The position numbers and the translations under genes are program-made. DNA of 64,000 nucleotides from an uncultured Bdellovibrionales bacterium (lineage in GTDB: Bacteria > Patescibacteriota > Minisyncoccia > Moranbacterales > UBA1568): the NCBI GenBank assembly GCA_964530135.1, contig CAZGXN010000007.1:2576-66575 (forward strand). Reading direction: 5' to 3'. Shown here piece by piece: positions 28,092 through 36,907 of the stretch. The stretch's first letter is position 1. The number at the start of each line of letters is the position of its first letter. Below the pieces are notes generated by a model. It saw nothing but the letters and a program-made list of their open reading frames with translations, ran no database searches and was not told the DNA's origin.

Positions 28092-28847
28092 TCACTGGCG
28101 CAGGGCAGTATGGGATTGGACACGAATCTGGGGGGCACGCAGGGTCCAAAACTCACCGGCGGTATCACCATACCAATCACTGACGAAACCCTCGCAATTT
28201 GAAGAACGCTGGCAGGTTGCGTCCCAGCCGGTATAGTCGCTCTCTTGGTCACGCCAATAATCAATACCGAATTGAAGACGAGCCGTTTCGGTAATGTTTG
28301 CCTCAACTTCGAGGAAGTATGTCTGAGTTGGATCAAGGGTTATCCGTGGCTCGGTCCAGGCATGATAGACCCGAAGGGGTGCGCGGCTGAGGTCAATTGA
28401 GAGTCGGTCCAGAATCGGTGTGCTGATTGTCATTTCATTTTTTCCCTCATTTTCTCCAAACCACTGGGGTAATCGGGGAAAGAGTCGTCCGACAAAGTGT
28501 CTTTTTTCGCGCGGATCAATTTCAGAGACTATTCTCTCTTGGCCAGTTGTTTCATCGCGCGCGATAATCCGTAGTTTCCGGATCTCAACGCGAGGCGTGA
28601 TGCTATGCTCATCGACACAGGGTAGTGCGGTGGCTGCATTGATCCACCCAACGAGTGTCGAGTATCCATCAGGAGCTTTGTTCCAATGGAGTGTCTCCTG
28701 TTTCCACAAGGCTCCATGTGGCGCACGTTCTGGCCACGGTGTGTCTGATTGACATGGCACACTGAGCGGCGCGACCAATTGACCGCGAATGAAGACAACC
28801 CCAACAATGGCCACAACAACGATGCCGACACGGAGTGCGATGGTCAT
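28092..28847 (-). CDS. hypothetical membrane-anchored extracytoplasmic protein (251 aa)
   Basis: N-terminal TM/signal MTIALRVGIVVVAIVGVVFI; no recognisable motif. Confidence 0.55.
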   Translation of the reverse strand: MTIALRVGIVVVAIVGVVFIRGQLVAPLSVPCQSDTPWPERAPHGALWKQETLHWNKAPDGYSTLVGWINAATALPCVDEHSITPRVEIRKLRIIARDETTGQERIVSEIDPREKRHFVGRLFPRLPQWFGENEGKNEMTISTPILDRLSIDLSRAPLRVYHAWTEPRITLDPTQTYFLEVEANITETARLQFGIDYWRDQESDYTGWDATCQRSSNCEGFVSDWYGDTAGEFWTLRAPQIRVQSHTALRQ

Positions 28848-28922
28848 AAAAATTTTGGAGAGTTAGGAGAGGAAGAATTACGGTTTACTTTGCACTCATC
28901 TTGATTTGTGAAACTCTCAGGG

Positions 28923-28951
28923 TTGACAAGTATAGCATAATTTGATAGATT
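28923..28951 (+). promoter_or_regulatory. sigma70-like promoter (-35 TTGACA, 17-bp spacer, -10 TAGATT) bracketed by inverted repeat TTGAC...GTCAA, upstream of GNAT gene pair
   Basis: Read directly at 28923-28928 and 28946-28951; inverted half-sites TTGAC (28923) and GTCAA (28954). Confidence 0.5.
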
Positions 28952-29030
28952 AGTCAAATGTTATTTACCAATTTTCCTTCATCCCCTCACCCACGCAAGA
29001 GCGTGTTATCCCGAAAGGAATTTCATCATC

Positions 29031-29621
29031 ATGTCTACCTGCTTGAATACTCTGGTTTTGAGTTCGAAAAAAAATGCTTCCGGTGGAACAGCAAATGGTC
29101 ATGCGCTCGAGCTTGAATATCGCATTGCAGGATTGACAGCCCTGTACCAAAAATATTGCCGTGTGCCACTCAGTCCATACTCCTTTGCCCGAGAGCTTCA
29201 GGTATTCATCGGTCGAGGTGGTTCACTTCACTATGTACTGGACCAATCAACGACAGGCGATACGGCGAGTCCACTTTTGGGATTTGCAACGGTGGTCAAT
29301 TCCAATAGCCTGCTGGAGAACATCTTTCCGGTCGAGCGTTTTATCGTTGATGAAGATTTGTCAGAAGATAAACGCCTCGCTGTTTCGGTCGCACTCGTCC
29401 AAAGCATCATTACCCAGGCAAATGCAGAATTGCATCATCGGCATGACGATATTTGGATCAACGTTACCTTCCCCAAAGGTGCCAATAATTTGGAATTGGT
29501 CCAGCCGATATATAAAGCCCTGGAGATGAATGGATTCACGGCCAACCAAGCACCTGGAAGAATCATCTGGATGAATTGGCTCAAGCGTTCCAATTTGAGC
29601 CAGACGACCAAGATTGCTTGA
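29031..29621 (+). CDS. GNAT-fold protein with degenerate acetyl-CoA motif (paralog of next gene)
   Basis: Aligns to downstream GNAT: FIVDEDLSEDKRLAVSVALVQ vs VFVAPAHQRKHIGLALLEE. Confidence 0.5.
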   Translation: MSTCLNTLVLSSKKNASGGTANGHALELEYRIAGLTALYQKYCRVPLSPYSFARELQVFIGRGGSLHYVLDQSTTGDTASPLLGFATVVNSNSLLENIFPVERFIVDEDLSEDKRLAVSVALVQSIITQANAELHHRHDDIWINVTFPKGANNLELVQPIYKALEMNGFTANQAPGRIIWMNWLKRSNLSQTTKIA

Positions 29622-29796
29622 TACCTTTTCGGTTACCCTTTTCACCCACATCCCTCGCGCGAAAATTTGCGGAGGGAGTTTTTTTATATACGGTTATCAC
29701 TAAGCAGGGTATTGAGTTCTGTGAGCACACCCTTGATTTATTATCAAAAATCCTGTATAAAAACGCCACGCTTCCTTAACAATCCAGGAGAGTTTC

Positions 29797-30342
29797 ATGA
29801 CCCCCTATCCCTACTCTGTCGAGTCTTATCGCGTACCGCGAAGCGATGAAATGCCTTCAAAGGTGCTTCATGCGACACTGCCTTTGCGTTTGCATGCAAA
29901 CTGGACAGAACTGATGCACTCGGCAGAACAAGCCATTGGACGGTGCCGCTGGAGCTATGGATATACACCTTCAATGATCAAAGATCGATTCTATTTCCTT
30001 GCATTCATGTCGCCGCTGCCCGACACTCAAGAAATCGTTGGCATGGCGAGCTGCTTTCTGGTCGAATACCACCAGGTTATCCAGGGAATTGTTTCGAGTG
30101 TGTTTGTTGCTCCGGCACATCAGAGAAAGCATATTGGACTGGCACTGCTCGAGGAAATTGATGTCATCCTCCGACATCCGGGGCGAGTTGGCTATAATCG
30201 AGGTGGTACGATGGGCACGCATTCTCTTCAGACATTTGTGCCGGCAACAAATTACCCCGCCCAACAGTTGTTTGTCCGAGGCGGATATACCCTCTCTGCT
30301 CGTGGAGAGATCCACCTGATGCATCGTTCGCTCAGGAGGTAA
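29797..30342 (+). CDS. GNAT family N-acetyltransferase
   Basis: Motif A VFVAPAHQRKHIGLALLEEI (Q/R-x-x-G-x-G/A). Confidence 0.7.
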   Translation: MTPYPYSVESYRVPRSDEMPSKVLHATLPLRLHANWTELMHSAEQAIGRCRWSYGYTPSMIKDRFYFLAFMSPLPDTQEIVGMASCFLVEYHQVIQGIVSSVFVAPAHQRKHIGLALLEEIDVILRHPGRVGYNRGGTMGTHSLQTFVPATNYPAQQLFVRGGYTLSARGEIHLMHRSLRR

Positions 30343-30372
30343 TATCCCAAATCAATTGAAAGGTTCTGTTGT

Positions 30373-30639
30373 ATGAAAGCACCTGCTGATATTGTCTACA
30401 TTCGGGCGATTGATTTGCGACCGCTCTATATCGACTTCGACGGTACATATCACCTCGTTACCCGTATCCTGCGCCAGGATTACGGGGATATATTGAAAAA
30501 ATATACGGGGTATGAACTCCGCATTGGAGATCTGGCCGAGATTCAAACGCCCAATCGCATGGTTAAAATTGAAGTCAGTTACGAAACACAATTGACTGAC
30601 GAACCAAAACTTGCCGAAATCGGCTACTCATTCGCCTGA
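30373..30639 (+). CDS. hypothetical protein (88 aa)
   Basis: Clean ORF co-oriented with GNAT pair; no motif. Confidence 0.45.
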   Translation: MKAPADIVYIRAIDLRPLYIDFDGTYHLVTRILRQDYGDILKKYTGYELRIGDLAEIQTPNRMVKIEVSYETQLTDEPKLAEIGYSFA

Positions 30640-30739
30640 TGATCTCTAGAGATTATCAGGCGTTTCGTTTATTTATTTCCACACGGAGAGTAGCCGAATT
30701 CATTTTTTGAACTTCGAGTTTTCCAGAAATATATGTTTG

Positions 30740-31318
30740 CTATTTCAACATTTCTGAAATCTGATCCAGTAGCTCATCACGACCCTCACTCGTTTTGGCT
30801 GAATGACGAATGACACGAGCGGGAGCAAACTCAGCTTCGATAGAATGAATGTTTTTGTCGATATCACGGCGACGGCCTTTATCACACTTATTGGCAAGAA
30901 TGACTACTGGCCGACCGTACCCGATGAGAAGTTTGAAAATATCGCGGTCTGAGTCTTTGGCCCCGATCTCAGCATCGACGATGAGAACGGCGGTCCGGAT
31001 ATCAATTCGCATATCTGCCGCAAACCAAGAAATATACCCCGCCATTTTTTTTCGTAATGGTCCAGGTACATTGGCATAGCCATAGCCTGGCAGATCAGCT
31101 AGATACCATGCGTTATTCACGAGAAAAAAATTAATTTCTGTTGTTCGTCCGGCGCGCTTATTAGCATGCGCCAAGTCTTTTTGTCTTGTGAGGGTGTTGA
31201 TAACACTTGATTTCCCAACATTGGATCGGCCAAAAAACGCGACCGTTGGACGGCTGGGTTGTGGGAGTCCTTCCGAACCAATAACTCCTTTGACGAATGT
31301 TACGGATGTGATGTCCAT
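30740..31318 (-). CDS. engB: ribosome biogenesis GTPase EngB/YsxC (YihA)
   Basis: G1 FFGRSNVGKSSVIN, G3/G4 regions, start MDITSVTFVKGV (31318) fits EngB N-terminus. Confidence 0.88.
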   Translation of the reverse strand: MDITSVTFVKGVIGSEGLPQPSRPTVAFFGRSNVGKSSVINTLTRQKDLAHANKRAGRTTEINFFLVNNAWYLADLPGYGYANVPGPLRKKMAGYISWFAADMRIDIRTAVLIVDAEIGAKDSDRDIFKLLIGYGRPVVILANKCDKGRRRDIDKNIHSIEAEFAPARVIRHSAKTSEGRDELLDQISEMLK

Positions 31319-31501
31319 ACGCAGTTGCAGCACCTTATCCTGGCAGATATCTGGATCATTCGCAAGCCAAAGACAGAGAGTGGTACGAGGAGACATCCTC
31401 CGCGGCTGTTCAGTCGGCTGCTCAGATATCACTCTCGACAGGAAATCAAAAACGGGATATAACTGAAGCGTTATTTAACAATTTCATCCCCCACCCCTTG
31501 T

Positions 31502-31840
31502 TTGAGGAGAGATGCTATGCAACCGATACTGAGTCGCGATATTCCCCTCAGTCAATATGCCGCCCAAGCTTTAGCGTTTGTGCTCGATCAACATGAATAT
31601 ACGATTATTCCTGATCAAGTTCGTGTGCAATCCGGAGAGCACGCTGGATGGCTGCTCCACTACGATAACGCAGCGCAAGGATTACATGTTGAGGCGCGAT
31701 TTGATGGCGATCAACACGCGGGTATCCTCTGGTTGATCCGTATGCGCACACGGACATGGGAGTGCATATTTGATACATTTGATCGCTTTGTGGGTGTGGA
31801 TGCGGTCGGTATACCCCGTCAAATTCCTACCCGTTTTTAG
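31502..31840 (+). CDS. hypothetical protein (112 aa)
   Basis: ORF followed by GAGAGCTCTC palindrome plus T8 tract. Confidence 0.45.
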   Translation: MRRDAMQPILSRDIPLSQYAAQALAFVLDQHEYTIIPDQVRVQSGEHAGWLLHYDNAAQGLHVEARFDGDQHAGILWLIRMRTRTWECIFDTFDRFVGVDAVGIPRQIPTRF

Positions 31841-31956
31841 TGCCGAAAATAACTAATGGCCGCGGATCAATCGAATCACATCAGTTTCTTACTTTAGAGA
31901 GCTCTCGCATAATATGCTGGGGTCTTTTTTTTCAAAAAAAGCAAAAAATGCCACAT

Positions 31957-31982
31957 AACAAAAACGAGCCCTTTCGGGCCCG
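31957..31982 (-). terminator. rho-independent terminator downstream of dnaK (CGGGCCC-GAAA-GGGCTCG then TTTTTGTT on minus strand)
   Basis: Stem with one mismatch and U-tract. Confidence 0.5.
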
Positions 31983-31992
31983 CTTGTCTTGC

Positions 31993-33921
31993 TTACTTCT
32001 TATCTGCCTCACCCTCAGTTTTCGGTTTCTCCTCTACCTCAGCATCTTTCGGCGTTTCGACATTGCCAGTCTGACTTTCAGTACCAGTCGCCGTTTGCTG
32101 CTGGGCCGCCTGTGCTTCCTGTGCAGCTTTATAGAGTTTTTCACCGATCTTCTGTGCGGCTTGAGACAACTCTTCAGTTGCCTTCTTCAAAGCCTCCACA
32201 TCTTGGCTATCCTTCAAATTCTTCAACGCCTCAATTTTCTCGAGAACAGGCTTGCGCTCGTCATCGGTCAACTTGTTACCGGCATCCTTCATGGCTTTCT
32301 CAGTCGAATAGGACAAAGTATCTGCCATATTGCGCGCCTCAATGAGCTCCTTCTTCTTTTTGTCTTCATCAGCATGGAGTTCAGCGTCTTTCTTCATCCG
32401 TTCGATTTCGTCTTTGGAAAGGCCAGTAGACGATTCGATACGAATGGATTGAGTCTTGCCACTCGCTTTGTCCTTGGCTGTGACTGACAAGATACCTGAG
32501 GCATCGATGTCAAAACTGACTTCAATTTGCGGGATGCCGCGTGGTGCTGGTGGAATACCGTCAAGGACGAAGCGGCCGAGACTTTTATTGTCGGCAGCCA
32601 TCTCGCGTTCACCTTGGAGCACATGGATCTCAACCTGCGGCTGATTATCGACAGCTGTGGAAAAGGTTTGACTCCGACTCACTGGAACAGTGGTATTCCT
32701 CTCAATGAGGGGTGTCCGGACACCTCCCAATGTTTCAATCCCAAATGTTAACGGAGTAACGTCAAGGAGCAGCACATCCTTCACACTTCCCTCAAGTACA
32801 CCACCTTGGATAGCGGCGCCGATCGCGACCACTTCATCTGGATTGACGGAGATATTCGGTTTCTTGCCAAAGAATTTTTCAACAGTTGAGAGCACGAGTG
32901 GCATACGCGTCATACCCCCTACCAACACAACTTCATTGATATCCGAGACTGAGAGTTTTGCATCAGCGAGAGCCTTCTTCACTGGTTCGAGCGTACTCGC
33001 AACGAGATCACCGACCAGCTCTTCGAGCTTGGCGCGGGTCAACTTGATGACAAGATGCTTCGGCCCATCAGCGCCACTCGTGATGAACGGCTGATTGATC
33101 TCGGTTTCTTGAGCAGTTGAGAGTTCGATCTTAGCTTTCTCCGCTGCTTCTTTGATACGCTGGAGCGCGAGTGGATCCTTGGAGAGATCGATGCCTTCTT
33201 GTTTCCTGAATTCATCAAGAATCCAGTGGATAATGCGTTGGTCAAAGTCATCACCACCAAGATGGGTATCACCATTGGTTGATTTCACCTCGACGGTATC
33301 GGCCGAGACTTCGAGAATGGAAATATCGAAAGTTCCACCACCGAGGTCATAGACAGCGATCTTCTCGTCTTTCTTTTTATTGAAGCCGTAAGCAAGAGCA
33401 GCTGCCGTTGGTTCATTGATGATGCGGCGGACATTGAAACCAGCGATCTCACCCGCTTCTTTGGTGGCCTTGCGCTGCGAGTCATCGAAGTAGGCTGGGA
33501 CAGTGATCACTGCCTCTGTGATCTTTTCCCCGAGCTTTTCTTCGGCATCAGCCTTCAGTTTAGCGAGGACCATAGCACTGAGCTCTTGGGGACTGTATTC
33601 TTTGCCACCCATGACGATTTTTACACCTTCACCGGCTTGCACGATTTTATAGGGCAGCGTTTTCATGTCGCGCTTCACTTCATCGTCATTGAAGTGCCGA
33701 CCGATGAGACGCTTTACAGAAAACAGCGTGTTCTCGGGATTGGTAACAGACTGACGCTTCGCAAGCAGCCCAACAAGACGCTCGCCAGTCTTCGACATCG
33801 CAACCATGCTGGGCGTAGTGCGATTTCCCTCCTTGTTTTCAATGACACTGGGGGTGCCACCTTCTACGAATGCCATGGCCGAGTTCGTCGTACCAAGGTC
33901 AATACCAAGTATCTTTGCCAT
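31993..33921 (-). CDS. dnaK: molecular chaperone DnaK (Hsp70)
   Basis: [22 protein letters not shown]..., [12 protein letters not shown], full-length 642 aa. Confidence 0.97.
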   Translation of the reverse strand: MAKILGIDLGTTNSAMAFVEGGTPSVIENKEGNRTTPSMVAMSKTGERLVGLLAKRQSVTNPENTLFSVKRLIGRHFNDDEVKRDMKTLPYKIVQAGEGVKIVMGGKEYSPQELSAMVLAKLKADAEEKLGEKITEAVITVPAYFDDSQRKATKEAGEIAGFNVRRIINEPTAAALAYGFNKKKDEKIAVYDLGGGTFDISILEVSADTVEVKSTNGDTHLGGDDFDQRIIHWILDEFRKQEGIDLSKDPLALQRIKEAAEKAKIELSTAQETEINQPFITSGADGPKHLVIKLTRAKLEELVGDLVASTLEPVKKALADAKLSVSDINEVVLVGGMTRMPLVLSTVEKFFGKKPNISVNPDEVVAIGAAIQGGVLEGSVKDVLLLDVTPLTFGIETLGGVRTPLIERNTTVPVSRSQTFSTAVDNQPQVEIHVLQGEREMAADNKSLGRFVLDGIPPAPRGIPQIEVSFDIDASGILSVTAKDKASGKTQSIRIESSTGLSKDEIERMKKDAELHADEDKKKKELIEARNMADTLSYSTEKAMKDAGNKLTDDERKPVLEKIEALKNLKDSQDVEALKKATEELSQAAQKIGEKLYKAAQEAQAAQQQTATGTESQTGNVETPKDAEVEEKPKTEGEADKK

Positions 33922-34031
33922 ATGATTATTATTTTGTTGCTTACATTAATTACTCTGATCAAAACTATTCTGTCTGAGCGAACCTCGCCCATGAGCTGCC
34001 CCAGACTGAGGCAGCCGAGCGCGAGGCCCGA

Positions 34032-34445
34032 TTACTTTGCGTCCTTTACCTGGACGGCAATCTTCTTTGGCTTCACAGACTCTTCCTTGGGCATCGTGAT
34101 GGTGAGAACGCCCTTGTCATAGCGAGCTTGGGCGTCATCCCCCTTCACAGCCATTGGGAGGACAATGGAGCGCGAAAAACTTCCAGTGCGCACTTCTTTG
34201 CGATAGTAGTCTTCACGCTTCACTTCCTGTTTGGACTCAGCCGTTCCGGAAACAGTCAACACATCGTTTTCGATGGTGATGTCTACTCGGTTCGGATCGA
34301 TTCCTGGGAGGGAAAGTTCAGCCACAACATTGTCTTTGTCTTGGTAGACATCAAGTGCTGGGAAGAAATCACCCTGACCAAAGATCTCATCACCGAAAAA
34401 TCGGCTCAGATCGTTTGTTGGAAATGGTATAAGATGGCGTGTCAT
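34032..34445 (-). CDS. Hsp20/alpha-crystallin family small heat shock protein
   Basis: Alpha-crystallin domain AELSLPGIDPNRVDITIENDVLTVSG...GVLTITMPK. Confidence 0.9.
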   Translation of the reverse strand: MTRHLIPFPTNDLSRFFGDEIFGQGDFFPALDVYQDKDNVVAELSLPGIDPNRVDITIENDVLTVSGTAESKQEVKREDYYRKEVRTGSFSRSIVLPMAVKGDDAQARYDKGVLTITMPKEESVKPKKIAVQVKDAK

Positions 34446-34482
34446 ATGGTTCTCACCTCCTTTCTTGTTGAGTCGGTTAATT

Positions 34483-35361
34483 TTATGAATGTACGATTAC
34501 TTTGGCTGGTCGGATCAGTTTGTCTTTTATTCGGTAGCCTTTCTGGACGACTTTTGTAATCGTCACGGTCCCGCTGGATAAGTCGGGCGATGCTTCAGTT
34601 GTTTGTTCATGCTTCAGAGCTTCGTGGAGCGTCGGGTCAAACGCATCACCTGGATTGGTTTCTAGTGGTTCCACACCGTGATTACGCAACACCTCCTCAA
34701 ATTGCTTTTCGATATAAGTGATGCCGGTAACCCAGGGACTTCCAGCGGCATCAGCCGGAACATGTTCGGTAGCCGCATGGAAATTATCGAGGACCGGAAT
34801 AAGTTCGGAAGCAATGCGAGAAACGAGGTGGCCATAGAGCTCTTTCTCATCGTTTGCCACCCGCTTCTTGTAGTTTTCGAAATCAGCCTGAAGGCGCTTG
34901 ACATCAGTAAGGAATTGGCTATTGGTATAATATGTGGCTGCTGTTTCAACAAAACGCTTTACCCATGGACGATATGAAGTTTCGTTCTTGATTTCTTCAA
35001 GCGATTGCCAACGGTATTCACTGTGTTCAGAAGAGAGCGTAATCTCACCACCCTGATAGAGGGCGAGAAAACCGAGCATCATGGTCCGGTTGTTTTTCGT
35101 ACCGACACGCTCACAGTCAACGAGACCAAGTAGTGTGTACTTAAGTGTTGTACCCGCCTCCTCATGGACCTCTCGGTCTAACGCTGCCTTTGCATCCTCA
35201 TCCTGATTGATACGGCCACCGAGAAACCCCCAGTGTTCTTCACGGCCTGGCTTCGCGTCTTTTACCAGTAAGAATTTCTCAGATCTCGGATCAAAGAGGA
35301 GTATCTTCTGACCGATGGCATAGAGTTCATGGGGATGTGGTGTTGTTGTATTGTTTTTCAT
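34483..35361 (-). CDS. grpE: NUDIX hydrolase domain fused to nucleotide exchange factor GrpE
   Basis: N-terminal perfect Nudix box GRINQDEDAKAALDREVHEEAGT (Gx5Ex7REUxEExGU); C-terminal 150 aa align to GrpE (RLQADFENYKKRVANDEKELYGHLVSRIASELIPVLDNFHAA ... GTVTITKVVQKGYRIKDKLIRPAKVIV). Confidence 0.85.
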   Translation of the reverse strand: MKNNTTTPHPHELYAIGQKILLFDPRSEKFLLVKDAKPGREEHWGFLGGRINQDEDAKAALDREVHEEAGTTLKYTLLGLVDCERVGTKNNRTMMLGFLALYQGGEITLSSEHSEYRWQSLEEIKNETSYRPWVKRFVETAATYYTNSQFLTDVKRLQADFENYKKRVANDEKELYGHLVSRIASELIPVLDNFHAATEHVPADAAGSPWVTGITYIEKQFEEVLRNHGVEPLETNPGDAFDPTLHEALKHEQTTEASPDLSSGTVTITKVVQKGYRIKDKLIRPAKVIVHS

Positions 35362-35385
35362 AGAGCTTTCAATGTTGAGTTTAAT

Positions 35386-36132
35386 TTAGACAGAGATGAT
35401 AAGGATTACTGCAACTGAAGAAGAGAGAAGTCTCTTCATATGCTCGATAAGAGATTTGTTTTTAGCATATTCCATCCGTTTTGGTCCGATGATGGCGAGC
35501 ATACCGCGCTCACCATCTTGATTTCGATACGGAGCAACCACCATGGCACAGTTCTCAATTCCAGCAACTGGGTTTTCTTCACCGATGTAGATTCGTGTCT
35601 CACCATCTTTGAGTCCCGCCATAAGAATATCGATTTTTTCATCCAGCGTATCAAGTGTCTCCACCAACCGAGATAATTCGTCCATTTCTTGAAATTCAGG
35701 ACTCTCCATGAGGGATTTCATACCGAAATCATACACTTCATCTTTGCCCTGGATGCCGGAAACACCGAGATTGCCTGAGAGTACTGAGAGGAGGCGGGCA
35801 GTCGTTCGGACGGTGCGTGCATGTTTTGCTTTGAGGATAAGGAATTCTTCTTGAAGCTTTAATTGTTCTTTTTTGGAGAGCGGTTTGTCCCCCATCATTT
35901 CCTCAACATAGTAACGGTAGCCAGCATCGGTCGGAATACGTCCAGCCGAGGTATGTGGCTGATAGAGTAGTCCTCGTTCTTCGAGCGCCAACATATCGTT
36001 ACGAACAGTCGCAGCACTTACAGGAAAATGATGGCGTTCAAGGAGCGTCTCAGAACCGACTGGTTCGGCCGTCTTTGTATAGAGCTCGACGACCGCTGCA
36101 AGCACTTCAGATTGTCGATTATTTATATCCAT
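35386..36132 (-). CDS. hrcA: heat-inducible transcription repressor HrcA
   Basis: N-terminal wHTH MDINNRQSEVLAAVVELYTKTAEPVGSETLLERHHFPVSAATVRNDMLALEERGLL; start 36132 directly after CIRCE-embedded promoter. Confidence 0.9.
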   Translation of the reverse strand: MDINNRQSEVLAAVVELYTKTAEPVGSETLLERHHFPVSAATVRNDMLALEERGLLYQPHTSAGRIPTDAGYRYYVEEMMGDKPLSKKEQLKLQEEFLILKAKHARTVRTTARLLSVLSGNLGVSGIQGKDEVYDFGMKSLMESPEFQEMDELSRLVETLDTLDEKIDILMAGLKDGETRIYIGEENPVAGIENCAMVVAPYRNQDGERGMLAIIGPKRMEYAKNKSLIEHMKRLLSSSVAVILIISV

Positions 36133-36152
36133 AACACCAGTATAAAAAGTGT

Positions 36153-36179
36153 TTAGCACTCTGTCAAGTAGAGTGCTAA
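36153..36179 (-). promoter_or_regulatory. perfect CIRCE operator TTAGCACTC-N9-GAGTGCTAA with embedded promoter (minus strand -35 TTGACA inside spacer, -10 TATACT 6 nt before hrcA ATG, implying leaderless mRNA)
   Basis: Both 9-bp arms match the CIRCE consensus exactly. Confidence 0.9.
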
Positions 36180-36211
36180 ACACTTATTAAAAAAGGCTTA
36201 CATAAAGCAAA

Positions 36212-36246
36212 AGTCCAACGAAACAGTGTTTCTATTGGACTTTTTT
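36212..36246. terminator. bidirectional terminator (GTCCAA-CGAAAC-AGT-GTTTC-TA-TTGGAC flanked by A and T runs)
   Basis: Nested perfect stems, T6 on plus strand, T-rich on minus strand; separates yidD unit from hrcA promoter. Confidence 0.6.
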
Positions 36247-36281
36247 AGGGTGTTTATGACTTGTGGCTTCTGCGGCCTACT

Positions 36282-36533
36282 TCAAACAGCAGCACCAGCG
36301 CACTGTGGGCGATGTGAGCACTCGCTGCAAACCAGCTCATTCGGCCGAAAATAATGTTTTCGCGCCTCGGTGATCTTGATGATTTTGGGACTTCGGCCGG
36401 CCATCACATGACGACACCGAACCTTTAGGACAGTGCCGTTTATTGGACGAGGTGATTCAAGTACATCAATGGCTTTGAAGTCTCGGTTGTTCCGAGCGCG
36501 CGGCTGGCGGTAGCGGGCTTGAATGTGCAGCAA
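36282..36533 (-). CDS. doubtful hypothetical ORF (83 aa, TTG start) downstream of yidD
   Basis: Only a TTG-initiated Arg-rich ORF; a competing 33-aa CxxC...CxxC ORF exists on the plus strand (36256-36357); not confidently coding. Confidence 0.25.
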   Translation of the reverse strand: MLHIQARYRQPRARNNRDFKAIDVLESPRPINGTVLKVRCRHVMAGRSPKIIKITEARKHYFRPNELVCSECSHRPQCAGAAV

Positions 36534-36556
36534 GAGTCATTCTCCTTGGAAGATTG

Positions 36557-36811
36557 TTAATGTTCTCCCGTTAGTGGTTTGACTGGATCATAACCACCTT
36601 CGGACCATGGATGACAGCGTAGAATTCGAGCGAATCCTATCCAGCCTCCTCGCAAAACACCAAAGCGTTCAATAGCCTCATAGGTGTACTGCGAGCAAGT
36701 TGGATGAAAACGACAGAATCGCTCAGAAACGATCAGGCCCAGCAAGCCGTGATTGAGAGAGAGTGTTCGTTGATAGAGCCGAATAAGAGCAAGGGCAACT
36801 GTACGGAACAT
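36557..36811 (-). CDS. yidD: membrane protein insertion efficiency factor YidD
   Basis: [10 protein letters not shown] and [13 protein letters not shown] signature. Confidence 0.85.
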   Translation of the reverse strand: MFRTVALALIRLYQRTLSLNHGLLGLIVSERFCRFHPTCSQYTYEAIERFGVLRGGWIGFARILRCHPWSEGGYDPVKPLTGEH

Positions 36812-36907
36812 GCACCGAGAATACCGTGAGGACCAGGGCCTGTCAATGCTGTGGAATTTCTCAATGTATTTGCTATACTGATTTCACAAAGACCAATACT
36901 AACAAAC

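Noticed and set aside
28046-28336. N-terminal 97 aa of track ORF 27665..28336
   Set aside because: It overlaps the 3' end of gene 28092..28847 in another frame and its translation looks non-protein-like; the start is trimmed to 28045.
30724-30756. Inverted repeat CAGAAAT-N19-ATTTCTG overlapping the engB stop codon
   Set aside because: No U-tract follows on the relevant strand. It is probably incidental or a weak attenuator, so it is not listed as a terminator.
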